Origin: an uncultured Campylobacter sp.
GTDB lineage: Bacteria; Campylobacterota; Campylobacteria; Campylobacterales; Campylobacteraceae
Length of the DNA stretch: 64,000 nt
Assembly: GCF_900539505.1 (NCBI RefSeq)
Contig: NZ_UQCL01000002.1
Direction: 5' to 3' (one strand)
Part shown: positions 1 to 9,885 of the stretch, piece after piece
Layout of the letters: each line of letters opens with the position of its first letter
Numbering within the stretch: position 1 is the stretch's first letter
The notes under the pieces: generated by a model
What the model was told of the DNA's origin: nothing
The model's database searches: none
Seen by the model: only the letters and a program-made list of their open reading frames with translations
Position numbers and translations under genes: made by a program

Positions 1-1782
1 ATCATCAAAATCAGCGTGCTGATGAACGCGTGGGACAAGCGTTTTTACGACGCGCTAAGCGAGCTTAAAGGCGAGCTGATCCCCGCGCTCGTGGGCGAGT
101 TTTTGCTCTACACGGCGCTCATCGTGCTTTTCATCGTCTGCGGCAGCTGGCTTCGCAAACTGCTCGTAATCGTCTGGCGCGAGCGGCTAAGCGCGATGAT
201 GGAGCGCAAATGGCTACATAACGCAAACTTCTATCGCACGAGCCTTGAGGGGAATTTCAGCGCCAGGGGCGGATCAAATTTAGAAAAACCTGGCGACGTA
301 AATTTAAACGAGCGCGCAGAGTGTTCCGCAACCGAGGCGGACAGCGCAGCTTTGCATAGAGACGTAAATGAGCTTGAAATTTTACCGAGCACGGCGGAGC
401 AAAATGCGGCAGAGCAAAGCGGCGCAAGCGAGAATGAAATTTCATCTAAAACTCGCGCAGATCGTGAAATTTCAAAAACGATCGCAAAGCTAGACAACCC
501 CGATCAGCGTATCGCCGAGGACAGCTTGCTGCTCGTGCAAAAAAGCGTCGATCTCGTAAAATCGCTCGTCTATAATCTTGCCAAGCTCATCGCCTTCGTT
601 GCGATCTTATGGCAGGTCTCGAAGGTGCTGAAATTTGAAATTTTCGGCATGCGCTTTGAGATCGAGGGTTTTTTGCTCTACGTGGCGCTCCTTTATACGC
701 TGCTTTGCTCGCTGATTACACATCTCATCGGGCGCAGGCTTAGGGGGCTAAATTTTGCCAAGCAGCGCGCCGAAGCCGACTACCGCTCGGATCTGTTGCT
801 AGTGCGCGAAAACGCAGAAGCCGTAGCCTTTATGCGCGGAGAGGATGCCGAGCGCGGCCGCTTCCGCGCGAGCTTCGGCGAGATCATTAGAAATTGGCGC
901 AGCATTATGAATACGGAATTTCGCCTCGAATGCTTTTCGGCAAGCTACCTAAAAATCACGAATTTAATCCCGATCTTTGCCTGCTTGCCGCTGTATTTGT
1001 CGCGCGCGATGAGCTTTGGCGACATGATGCAGGCGCGCTCGGCGTTTTACAGCGTGCAGGATGGATTTGCGTGGTTTATGGACTATTATAAGCAGATCAT
1101 GGAGTGGGCGGCGAGCGTGCAGAGGATCTATGAGTTCATCGCGCGCATGGATGGCGAGAGCGCAAATTTGCACGCTTGCGTCAAACAAAGCGACGAAAAT
1201 TCTGCGCGTTGCGAGGGCTTGTCGGTCTTCACGCCTGCGGGCGAGCCGCTGATCGAGGATCTACGCTTTGAGCTTGCGCCCGCGCAGTTTATAATGCTGC
1301 GAGGCAAGAGCGGCGCGGGCAAAAGCACGGCTCTGCGCTACGCGGCGGGGCTTTGGCGATACGGCCGCGGCGAGATCAGCCTGCCGCGCACGGGCGTGAT
1401 GTTTATCCCGCAAAAGCCCTATCTAGCGCCGCTTAGCCTAAAAGAGCTCATCTGCTATCCGCAGCCGCCGCGCGCAGACGACGCGGAATTTTTAGAAATT
1501 TTACGCCGCGTAGGACTTGAAAAATTTGCCCGCATGCTAAACTCACGCACCGATTACGTTAAAATTTTAAGCGGCGGAGAGGCGCAGCGGCTCAGTTTCG
1601 CACGTATTCATTACCACAAGCCGAGCTTTGTTTTTGCCGACGAGATCACGTCTGCGCTTGATTTCGCCTCGGCGCGCGAGCTACTACTGGGTCTGCGTGC
1701 GGATCTACCGAGCCTCGGCATGCTAGCGATCGTGCATCAAACGGGGCTTGAGGACATATTTGAGCGGACGATAGAGCTTTAA
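1..1782 (+). CDS. ABC transporter fused permease/ATP-binding protein (SbmA/BacA–YddA-like), 5'-partial; carries an internal low-complexity insert at about nt 259–526
   Basis: The frame is open from the first base of the window. The C-terminal ATP-binding domain has Walker A LRGKSGAGKST, ABC signature LSGGEAQRLSFARI and Walker B FVFADE. The N-terminal part is hydrophobic. An 85–90-aa N/E/S/A-rich insert is encoded by AAATTT-containing DNA. Confidence 0.8.
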   Translation: MIKISVLMNAWDKRFYDALSELKGELIPALVGEFLLYTALIVLFIVCGSWLRKLLVIVWRERLSAMMERKWLHNANFYRTSLEGNFSARGGSNLEKPGDVNLNERAECSATEADSAALHRDVNELEILPSTAEQNAAEQSGASENEISSKTRADREISKTIAKLDNPDQRIAEDSLLLVQKSVDLVKSLVYNLAKLIAFVAILWQVSKVLKFEIFGMRFEIEGFLLYVALLYTLLCSLITHLIGRRLRGLNFAKQRAEADYRSDLLLVRENAEAVAFMRGEDAERGRFRASFGEIIRNWRSIMNTEFRLECFSASYLKITNLIPIFACLPLYLSRAMSFGDMMQARSAFYSVQDGFAWFMDYYKQIMEWAASVQRIYEFIARMDGESANLHACVKQSDENSARCEGLSVFTPAGEPLIEDLRFELAPAQFIMLRGKSGAGKSTALRYAAGLWRYGRGEISLPRTGVMFIPQKPYLAPLSLKELICYPQPPRADDAEFLEILRRVGLEKFARMLNSRTDYVKILSGGEAQRLSFARIHYHKPSFVFADEITSALDFASARELLLGLRADLPSLGMLAIVHQTGLEDIFERTIEL

Positions 1783-2655
1783 ATTTCATCGTTTAAATTT
1801 CACGCTGCAGGGATTTCGCCTTTAAATTCATATCTTTTTAAATCCAGATTTATTAAAATTACTCATTTATATTAAGCGGCGATAAAATTTAGCCGAGGCG
1901 CTAAGTGTTCGCATACATGGGCTGCGGCAGCGGCGCGGCTAGGCGCTTGTACGCAGTCGGTGGCATAGCACCGCCGTAGGTAAGTATTTGCGGCGCAATT
2001 AGTAGCTCGGAAGTCGGTCAGCAGTGCGCGATCGCAGTTCTGTACGGAAATTTAAGCTGATAAAATTTAAACGCAAGATAGTCTGCTCAATGCGGGGCGT
2101 CTCGATAAAATTTTAAGCCACGCGGCGATCTGTAACGTAGCAGTGCGCCAAATGAGAAGGCTACGGCAGCGGTGCGATGCGCGAGCGTAGCGATAAATCG
2201 GTAGCGCGTCGGATGGCGTGTAACACATCAGCGGCGCAGATGGCACGCCGTAGTCGAGAAGCGGAACGGCGATACGTACCTACTCGGCACCGTATGACAT
2301 AACCTTCGCTTGGGCAAATCATCATCGTAACGGCGCTACGATCGAAGCGAACAGAACGGCCGCGACGGCGGATCGGCAGCACAAAGCGGCGCGGCGTGAT
2401 TGCGGCGGCGACAGCATAAAATGCCGCAATATGGCAACCGTGATCGACAGGATGCGTATGTAGGTAAGGCGCAGTGCAAGTAGCGCAAACAGCGATACGA
2501 TGATGGCGACCTGCGGAGTGTATAAATGAAGTAGCGGTGCGGGCGGCGCAATAACGCCGAGGCGATACGATAGCGGCGAGCGGCGAGGCGTACCGGTGCA
2601 GCAGCTTAGCGCTCGCGTGAAGTCGCTAAATTTTAAAACGAAGCAAGGAGATTTG

Positions 2656-3144
2656 ATGCTTAAGGCGGAGATTGTTTATAAATTTGTGCTCATCGTGTTG
2701 CTAGGCTGCGCGCTTTGCATTTTGGGCTTTTCGGGCGCCTACTTTGCGCGCGGCGAATACGACGAGGCGTGGATGAGCCTGCATAAGATCGCGGGATTCG
2801 GTCTGCTTTGCGTCGCGATCTTGCATATGATCACAAGGCGAAAGAAGCTCGTAAAGCTCTGGGGCGAGTTTTTGGACGTGGTTTTGAGCCGCAAAAATCC
2901 CGGTTTTTGTAATATGGATCGCATCATCGGCGTGATCGAGCCTTATAATATCAGAGAGATCGCTGATAAAATGGGCTTTAGTGCGGACGAGCTCGCTAAG
3001 ATTTTGAAATCAAACGGTATCAAGCTTGTAAGCGTAGATCAGAACCTACGCGAGCTTGCGAAGCTCAACGACGAAAAAATTTTCTTCATCTTGGTGCTTT
3101 TGATCGAGGCGAAATTTGGCAAAGCGGGCGAATGCAAGGTCTAA
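2656..3144 (+). CDS. hypothetical small membrane protein with two N-terminal TM helices
   Basis: The ATG at 2656 is preceded by AAGGAG at 2645–2650. The listed ORF start at 2596 is a GTG with no RBS. N-terminus is hydrophobic (VLIVLLGCALCILGF, GFGLLCVAILHMI). No recognisable catalytic motif. Confidence 0.5.
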   Translation: MLKAEIVYKFVLIVLLGCALCILGFSGAYFARGEYDEAWMSLHKIAGFGLLCVAILHMITRRKKLVKLWGEFLDVVLSRKNPGFCNMDRIIGVIEPYNIREIADKMGFSADELAKILKSNGIKLVSVDQNLRELAKLNDEKIFFILVLLIEAKFGKAGECKV

Positions 3145-3400
3145 ATTTTAAAATTCCGGCTAGATTCGCTTCGCAAATTTACCGTTTTGAAAAGCAAGCG
3201 GCGCCAAGGAGTCTAAATTTAAAACCGAAATTTTACCGCGCCACGTAAAATACTCAAGATCAAAATTTCATCCAATTTCCGCCAAAATTTTAAAAAATCT
3301 ATCTTTAATCTTTGAAATTTATTATTATTTAATCAAGAGAAATTATAATATAGCATTTGCAAATCATTCGCAAAATTCTAATTTTGAATAGGGGAGAGTG

Positions 3401-5473
3401 ATGTTTAAGAAATTTTATCTTTCAAATGCCGCGATCGCGCTAAGTTTGTGCGCCGCATTGCAACTAAACGGAGCCGAAAATAACGCTACATCCGCAAATA
3501 TCGCGCCTAGCGCGGGGGCGGTAAATTCCGCAGCTTCTAAAAACGCTTCCGGCGCGAACGCCACAAAGCTGGGCACCATCGTAGTTACCGCGACGGGCTT
3601 TGAGGATATGCTTAAAAACGAGGTTCGCAACGTCTCCGTTATCACCGCGGAGGATATGGAAAACCGCGGATACCGCGATCTACGCGAAATTTTAGAAAAG
3701 GCGCCGGGGGTTAGCTTTCACGGCGATACGGTCGATCTGCGCGGACAGGGTCAGAAGGCAAATACCTCCGTCAAAGTCCTTCTTAACGGAGTCGCGCTCA
3801 ATATGATCGACACGACGCCGACGAGCATCCCGATCGATCTAGTTCCGATCGAAGATATCGAGCGCGTGGAGATCATCCCCGGCGGCGGTAGCGTGCTTTA
3901 CGGCAGCGGCACCAGCGGCGGCGTGATAAATATCATCACGAAAAAGGGCGCCAGATACCCGTACGCCAATATCTCGACCAAGATCGCGTCATATAATTAC
4001 AATGATCTAAATTTGGGGCTAGGCGGAGGCGTGAGCGATAATCTGTTTCTAAAAACCGCCGTTAAGGGCTTTAAGCAGCGCGGATACCGCAAGGGCGAGA
4101 AAAATACCGGCTACTACGGCTCGCTCGGGATACATTATAAAATTTCGGACGATCAAAGCATCTCTTTCGATCCGAGTTTTTATCGCGCCAGAACCTATTC
4201 CGTGCCTACTCTGGGTCTTGCCGAGCTTAAAGCGGATCGCCGCCAACAAGGAGGCGAGAGAACCTTTACTAAAAGCACGCGACTAAATTTTGACTTGGAT
4301 TATGCAGTGAAATTCGGCGATAGATTTGAAGCAAATTTACAGCCTTATTACCAAGATATTAGAATTTTGCAAAAGGGATTTGTGATGAAAGATCGCAAAG
4401 AAGGTGCAAATTTAAAGGGCAAGCTCGACTACGACAGCGGCGAGTTCATAGCGGGATACGATTATCTCAAAAACAAGGGCTTTCGCAAGATTGACTTTAC
4501 CACTCCGATGAATCCTATGATGAGCCGTTCGCAGCTTACGATCTTTGATATGCAAAAGCTTACCCACTCGGTCTATGCTTTAGAAAAGCACAATTTAACC
4601 GATCTGTTTTCGCTTAGCGCGGGCGGTCGGTTTGAGCGCGCCGAATACAAAGTAAATCGCAGAGTTTCGACTACTATAAAAAGGATGGGAAACATAATCT
4701 CGCAGACGCAAAATAGTACCCGAGTAAGCGATCATAAGAACAACTATGCTTTTGAGATCACGCCGAATTTTAATTATTCCAAAGACGGCAACGTCTATTT
4801 TAAATTTGAGCGCGGCTATATCTCCCCAGGCCCTAATCAGCTCATCGATAAGCTCGGTCGCAACGGTCCTTATGTGCTTAATAACCTCAAATCCGAAACC
4901 TTTAAAACCTACGAAATCGGTCTTAAAGATCTGATCTACGGGCAATACGTAAGCGCTACGATCTTTTGGACCGATACGAAAAACGAGATCGTAAACGAAA
5001 CCCTGGGCAGCTCGATCACCGACGGTTGGCATTTTATCAATATCGACGAGACGCGCCGCAAGGGCGTGGAGCTGTATGCGGAGCAAAGTCTGCTTTCAAA
5101 TTTAAAGCTCAGCGAGACCTTTTCATATGTCGACGCCAAGATCCAATCCGGTGCGGATAAAGGCAAGCAGGTTCCGCTAGTGGAGCGCTCGAAGTTCGTT
5201 TTGGGCGTCGATTACGAGCCGATTAGAAATTTAACGCTGATGAGCGATTTTAAATATTTTTCATCATCGCATGACGCCAACCACGATAGGATCGACTCGC
5301 GCACGATCGTAGATCTGGGCGCTGCGTACCGCTTCGCAAGTGGGTTTTTGATAAGCGCCGGAGTCAAAAACGTCTTTGACGAGGAGTATAATTACAACCA
5401 AAATTTACGCGCAGACGTCTATACTCCAGCTCCAGGACGCAACTACTACGTGGAGTTTAAATACGCCTATTAG
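3401..5473 (+). CDS. TonB-dependent outer-membrane receptor
   Basis: Signal peptide, then a TonB-box/plug region (IVVTATGFEDMLKNE…VSVITAEDMENRGYRDLREIL…PGV) and a long β-barrel ending in aromatic …YVEFKYAY. RBS AGGGGAGAG upstream. The GTG at 3398 is the alternative first codon. Confidence 0.85.
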   Translation: MFKKFYLSNAAIALSLCAALQLNGAENNATSANIAPSAGAVNSAASKNASGANATKLGTIVVTATGFEDMLKNEVRNVSVITAEDMENRGYRDLREILEKAPGVSFHGDTVDLRGQGQKANTSVKVLLNGVALNMIDTTPTSIPIDLVPIEDIERVEIIPGGGSVLYGSGTSGGVINIITKKGARYPYANISTKIASYNYNDLNLGLGGGVSDNLFLKTAVKGFKQRGYRKGEKNTGYYGSLGIHYKISDDQSISFDPSFYRARTYSVPTLGLAELKADRRQQGGERTFTKSTRLNFDLDYAVKFGDRFEANLQPYYQDIRILQKGFVMKDRKEGANLKGKLDYDSGEFIAGYDYLKNKGFRKIDFTTPMNPMMSRSQLTIFDMQKLTHSVYALEKHNLTDLFSLSAGGRFERAEYKVNRRVSTTIKRMGNIISQTQNSTRVSDHKNNYAFEITPNFNYSKDGNVYFKFERGYISPGPNQLIDKLGRNGPYVLNNLKSETFKTYEIGLKDLIYGQYVSATIFWTDTKNEIVNETLGSSITDGWHFINIDETRRKGVELYAEQSLLSNLKLSETFSYVDAKIQSGADKGKQVPLVERSKFVLGVDYEPIRNLTLMSDFKYFSSSHDANHDRIDSRTIVDLGAAYRFASGFLISAGVKNVFDEEYNYNQNLRADVYTPAPGRNYYVEFKYAY

Positions 5474-5593
5474 CGTGCGTTTAAATTTAAGTGAGGTTTT
5501 GAGCTGCAGGCTTTAAAATTTACGGGCAAAATTTAAAATTTTGCCGCGACATGCTTTGCTGCCGCGGGATTAAATTTAATAAAAGGAGCGAAG

Positions 5594-6385
5594 ATGAAAC
5601 CGGACTATAAAAACTGGGTGCCTAAGGGCATGATCGCGAGCTTTGCCGCGGGTGCGGGCGTAGCGTTAGTTTTGTTTTTGATTTTCGGCGTTTGCGGCGC
5701 CTTCGTGGGCGGCGTGCTGAGGTGGTTTCTTGCGGGGCTTTTCGGCGCAGCGGCGCTGTTTTTGGTCGGCTTTACGATATACTGCGTCGTGTGGTACCGC
5801 GCGTTTGATTACGGCGGCAAGCGCCAGCTCTCTCGCGCGATCGTAGAGGGCACGGCGAAATACGTGGATCTGCCAGAGGGCGGGCGCGGGCTGGACGTGG
5901 GCTGCGGCAGCGGCGCGCTAACGATCGCCGTGGCTAAGCGTAACCCGCACGCATCGGTGCTGGGCGTCGATCGCTGGGGCTTTGAGTACGCGTCTTTTAA
6001 CAAACAGCTGTGCGAATCCAACGCGAGCGCCGAAGGGGTGCAAAACACTAGCTTCGAGCAGGCCGATGCCGCGCAGCTGCCCTTTGAGGACGGCAGCTTC
6101 GATGCGGTTACAAGCAACTACGTCTATCACAACATCATGCGCAAGGACCGTCAGGAGCTGCTTTTAGAGACGCTTCGCGTGCTTAAAAAGGGCGGCAGCT
6201 TCGCGATACACGATCTTTTTTCGCGCGGAAACTACGGCGATATGGATGCTTTCATCGCGCGACTTAAGGAGCAGGGCTATGAGCGGGTCGAGCTCATAGA
6301 TACGACGCGGGGGCTTTTTATGGGCTCGCGCGAAGCCAAATGGCTAATGCTAGGCAGTTCAAAGCTTCTGGCGGGTAGAAAATAG
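5594..6385 (+). CDS. class I SAM-dependent methyltransferase with N-terminal transmembrane segment
   Basis: Motif I LDVGCGSGALTIAVAKRNP and acidic post-I GVDRW. About 60 hydrophobic N-terminal residues. RBS AAAAGGAG. Confidence 0.7.
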   Translation: MKPDYKNWVPKGMIASFAAGAGVALVLFLIFGVCGAFVGGVLRWFLAGLFGAAALFLVGFTIYCVVWYRAFDYGGKRQLSRAIVEGTAKYVDLPEGGRGLDVGCGSGALTIAVAKRNPHASVLGVDRWGFEYASFNKQLCESNASAEGVQNTSFEQADAAQLPFEDGSFDAVTSNYVYHNIMRKDRQELLLETLRVLKKGGSFAIHDLFSRGNYGDMDAFIARLKEQGYERVELIDTTRGLFMGSREAKWLMLGSSKLLAGRK

Positions 6386-6808
6386 AAAGTCTTTATTCGA
6401 TTTAAAATCGGTAGCTAACGCGAATAAAATTTTAAAATTATTAAAAATTTTGGAATTCTAAGACTTATGAAATTTTAGAATTTTGCAAAATTTTAAGAAA
6501 ACACAATGCGGTGAAATTTTAGAATTCTGCCTAATTTTAAATTTTGAAATTCCGCCTGACGCACTACTGCGTTAGTATCGCGACAAATAGCTTGAGCTGC
6601 GTTTTGGCTATATTTGCCGTATTGAAGCGGCACATTTTTCGCTCCCGCCGCGTGCCTAATCGGATTTAAATCCCACCGCTTAGAAAATCCGCGAAATTTT
6701 TTATAATTCTATAAATCTAAAATTTTATAAATTTTAAAATTACGTATCGTTATGCCACTATCGCGGCAGAGTACTTTAACCGCGCCTACCCGCTGAATAT
6801 CCGCGCGG

Positions 6809-7363
6809 CTAAATATCGATAACGCCGAGGTGCGAGAGCAAAATTTTAACCCCGATTAAGATCAAAATCACGCCGCCTAAAACGAGCGCCTTTGAGTGCA
6901 GGTATTCGCCCGTTAGCTTGCCTACGTAGCACGCCGCGACGCACAGCGCGAAGCAGACGAGCCCGATTACGCAACAGGCGTAGAGTATGTTTATCTCGCC
7001 AAAGGCAAAGGTCACGCCCACGGCCATCGCGTCGATGCTGGTTGCGATCGCACCCAGCACCAGCTCCTTCGTGCTTAGGCGAAGATCTGGCTCGTCCTGT
7101 TCGCGGCGGGATTCTGCGATCATCTTAACGCCTAAAAAAGATAAAATTCCAAACGCGACGAAGTGATCGATCTGCGCGATAAATTTTACGAAGTTTATCC
7201 CCAAAGCGTAGCCCGCAAGCGGCATTATAAACTGAGCCGCCGCGTAGAAAAACGCGACGCGCGCGATCTGTGCAAATTTGAAATTCGGATATTTCGCGCC
7301 GTTTGAGATACTAAGCGCGACGCTGTCCATCGCAAGCGCAAAAGCGATGAGTAAAAGCTCCAT
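6809..7363 (-). CDS. mntP: manganese efflux pump MntP
   Basis: 184-aa, 6-TM protein. The N-terminal MELLLIAFALAMDSVALSI and the duplicated half (…IDAMAVGVTFAF…) are typical of the MntP/YebN family. Confidence 0.8.
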   Translation of the reverse strand: MELLLIAFALAMDSVALSISNGAKYPNFKFAQIARVAFFYAAAQFIMPLAGYALGINFVKFIAQIDHFVAFGILSFLGVKMIAESRREQDEPDLRLSTKELVLGAIATSIDAMAVGVTFAFGEINILYACCVIGLVCFALCVAACYVGKLTGEYLHSKALVLGGVILILIGVKILLSHLGVIDI

Positions 7364-7449
7364 ATTTAGCCCTTTTGGTATTATAAAAGCGTTGATTATA
7401 CATTAAAATTTTCGAAATAAAATAATCAATCTTTAATTAGGGAAAAACT

Positions 7450-8079
7450 TTGCTTAAAAAATTAATCTTTTGTTTATTGCCGCTATTTGCGACTGCTAGC
7501 TGGGAAGAGGTCGCCGTAAAGGGACTAGACGTGATGCTTAGTGCGGGCGCGGGCGATAGCGAAAATTTCAAAAGCTCGCTAAGCACCCTGATCGAGCGTG
7601 CCGCAAATGAATACGAACGCACTGGCGTGCAGGATTACGAGCTCGATCTGCCTAGCTACATTACCGAGCGTGCGGGCAAAAAGAGCGTCGCCGTGCAGAA
7701 TATGCAAAGACTGGCGAGCAAGAAGCTAAGTCTTGCTGTAGAGCCGATCAAAAAGCTCGTACTCGCTAAAATAAAAGATATGTCCGAAGCCGATACCAAG
7801 GCAGTAATGAGCGGCGAGGTGCTATTTAGCCACTATCTGCGCACCAACGCCTTTGATGAAATTTACGAAATCATTCGCCCTTTGGCACGCGAACTAGGAG
7901 CCGACGCGAGCTTTGCTAAAAGCTTTAAAAGTGCCGTTGGACGCAACCCTGGAGACGATTTTAGTAGCGAATTTAGCAGCGCTCTCATCAACGAGAGCTT
8001 TGATTTTTTAAGCAAAAACGAAAGGGAGTTTCGCAAAAACTCGGGCGCGATTTTAAACGCGATAAAGACGGTCAGATAG
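7450..8079 (+). CDS. hypothetical secreted protein (TTG start)
   Basis: Signal-peptide-like N-terminus MLKKLIFCLLPLFATASWEE. Helical, coding-like composition. No family recognised. Confidence 0.45.
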   Translation: MLKKLIFCLLPLFATASWEEVAVKGLDVMLSAGAGDSENFKSSLSTLIERAANEYERTGVQDYELDLPSYITERAGKKSVAVQNMQRLASKKLSLAVEPIKKLVLAKIKDMSEADTKAVMSGEVLFSHYLRTNAFDEIYEIIRPLARELGADASFAKSFKSAVGRNPGDDFSSEFSSALINESFDFLSKNEREFRKNSGAILNAIKTVR

Positions 8080-8706
8080 GCGCGCGACGGCACTAAGATC
8101 TCGGCGAAATTTTACTTTAAATTTATGAAAAATTCTATCTTGGAGCCTGCGGAAAATTTTAATTCAAAACCCGCTTTAAATTTCATCTCAAATCAGACGT
8201 GCGAGCGCGCGAAAAACACAGCGCCCGGCGGTAAGGTAAATTTCGCTCCAGCTTCTCGCTTCAAAAGAAATTTCGAATTTAAAGATGCGACTGCCGAGTT
8301 AAATTTTATGAGCGTGCGAAATTTAAAATTTTATCCCGCTTCGGCCGGTTTCGCCGCGCGCAATAGTGCCTCTGTCGGTTTTGCCGTGCACAATCTCGTC
8401 GCGCTTTATTCCGCTCCGCGCGTCAGAAATATTGAAAGAAAATCCGCTTTACATTTCGCGGCTCTTGCGCTAAATTTAAAGTCCGCGCAGGATATGAGCC
8501 GCACCGAAAATAAAGCTTTAAATTCCGCAAAAGTCTCCGTAATAAATCCTTGCGAAAATTTCGCGAGAAATTTCAAACGAAATTTTATATTAAATTTTGC
8601 GGAAAATTTCACTCATAGCGGCGCAAATAGCGCGAGTCCGTTAAGTCGTGCAAGCGTCGTAGACGAGCTAAATTTAAGCCCCGCAAAAAGCCTTGCCACA
8701 GCTCAT

Positions 8707-9885
8707 ATGCGACGCTCAAAGAAAAATTTTATCGAGACCCTTGCAAATGATCCAGCCTCCGCTAGCGCGCCGCAGCCGCAGAGGTCTAACTATGGCGCCG
8801 CGCTAAGCCACGGTGCTCCGCAAAATTCTAATACTACACAGAATTTTAACTCCGCAAAAAATTTAAATTCTACGCAAAGCTCGAATTCCGCGCAGAGTTT
8901 CGGGCAAAATTCCAATTCCACGCAAAACCATGCGCAAAATCCCGTTCCGCCTAGCAGGCTGTGGGATCTGGGGCTGCTTTTCGTAGCGATCGTTTGGGGA
9001 TGCACTTTCGTGCCTGTTCAGCGCGCGCTGCATAGCGGCGACGTTTTTAGCTTTTTGTTTTGGCGCTTTTTGGCGGCGAGCATTTTTACCTACCTCGCCT
9101 GCCTGCGCTTCGGCGTCAAATTTGACCGCGGCACGATAGGGCGGGGCGTGTTTTGCGGGCTGATGCTGTTTTGCGATTTTTCCTGCCAGACCATAGCGCT
9201 TGATTATGCGCTCTCCTCGACGGTGGCGTTCATTTTGGGGCTAAACGTCGTTATCGTGCCCTTTTTGATGCTTGCGTTTTTCGGTAAAAAGGTCGGTGCG
9301 AGCGCCTTTGGCGGCGCAGTCGTGGCGCTTTTGGGGCTCTATTTTTTAAGTGGAGCAAGCGCGGTGGGATTTGGCATAGGCGAGCGGTTGACGCTCGTTT
9401 CGGCATTTGCATACGCGCTTCACATCGTATTTACCGGCGTCTGCGCGCGCAAAAGCAATCTCTACGGCTTTGTGATCGTGCAGTTTATCTGCGTTTGCGT
9501 CTGCGCGCTGATCGCGGCAGTTTTCACTCCGCATGTGCAGTTTGAAGGCGAGATAAGGGTGATTGGAAATTTAATCTTTTCGCTGAACTTTGATTTCGTT
9601 TTTGCGCTGGTTTTGACCTCGATCTTTGCCACCGTTGCGGCGTTTGTGATCCAAACAATGGCGCAAAACCGCGGCGTAAGCGAGATAAAAACGGTGCTGA
9701 TTTTCGCGCTAGAGCCCGTAAGCGCGGGCATTATGGGGTATACCTTCGGCGAGAAGCTAAGCGCGCTTCAAATTTTAGGCGCGGCGCTGATACTCGCAGG
9801 CATCCTGCTTAGCGAGCTGGGCGGGCTTTTAGGCGCGAAGTTTGCTAAAAATCGAGCTTGCGAAAAAGCAGACCGAGGCGACTAG
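8707..9885 (+). CDS. EamA/DMT family transporter. The ORF is open from the ATG at 8125, giving an optional ~195-aa N/S/Q/F-rich low-complexity N-terminal extension
   Basis: The C-terminal ~300 aa has two EamA-type repeats (LLFVAIVWGCTFVPVQ…; …LIFALEPVSAGIMGYTFGEKLS) and 10 TM helices. The upstream 8125–8706 is AAATTT-repeat DNA read in frame (NFNSAKNLNSTQSSNS…). The true start is undetermined. Confidence 0.65.
   Translation: MRRSKKNFIETLANDPASASAPQPQRSNYGAALSHGAPQNSNTTQNFNSAKNLNSTQSSNSAQSFGQNSNSTQNHAQNPVPPSRLWDLGLLFVAIVWGCTFVPVQRALHSGDVFSFLFWRFLAASIFTYLACLRFGVKFDRGTIGRGVFCGLMLFCDFSCQTIALDYALSSTVAFILGLNVVIVPFLMLAFFGKKVGASAFGGAVVALLGLYFLSGASAVGFGIGERLTLVSAFAYALHIVFTGVCARKSNLYGFVIVQFICVCVCALIAAVFTPHVQFEGEIRVIGNLIFSLNFDFVFALVLTSIFATVAAFVIQTMAQNRGVSEIKTVLIFALEPVSAGIMGYTFGEKLSALQILGAALILAGILLSELGGLLGAKFAKNRACEKADRGD

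Noticed and set aside
2161-2551. Two minus-strand ORFs (73 and 71 aa) in the GC-rich ORF-free block
   Set aside because: Extremely Arg/Cys-rich translations typical of out-of-frame GC-rich DNA. No RBS.
3145-3400. Fur box upstream of the first TonB-dependent receptor
   Set aside because: Only a weak AATCATT fragment within generic AT-rich repeat DNA. Not convincing.
7364-7449. Mn (yybP-ykoY) riboswitch upstream of mntP
   Set aside because: Only 86 bp of shared divergent spacer, and none of the conserved riboswitch helices or motifs were seen.
8125-9100. Possible CRISPR array or other perfect short-repeat array suggested by the recurring AAATTT… units
   Set aside because: The repeats are degenerate, irregularly spaced and not separated by unique spacers of constant length. 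No cas genes are present.
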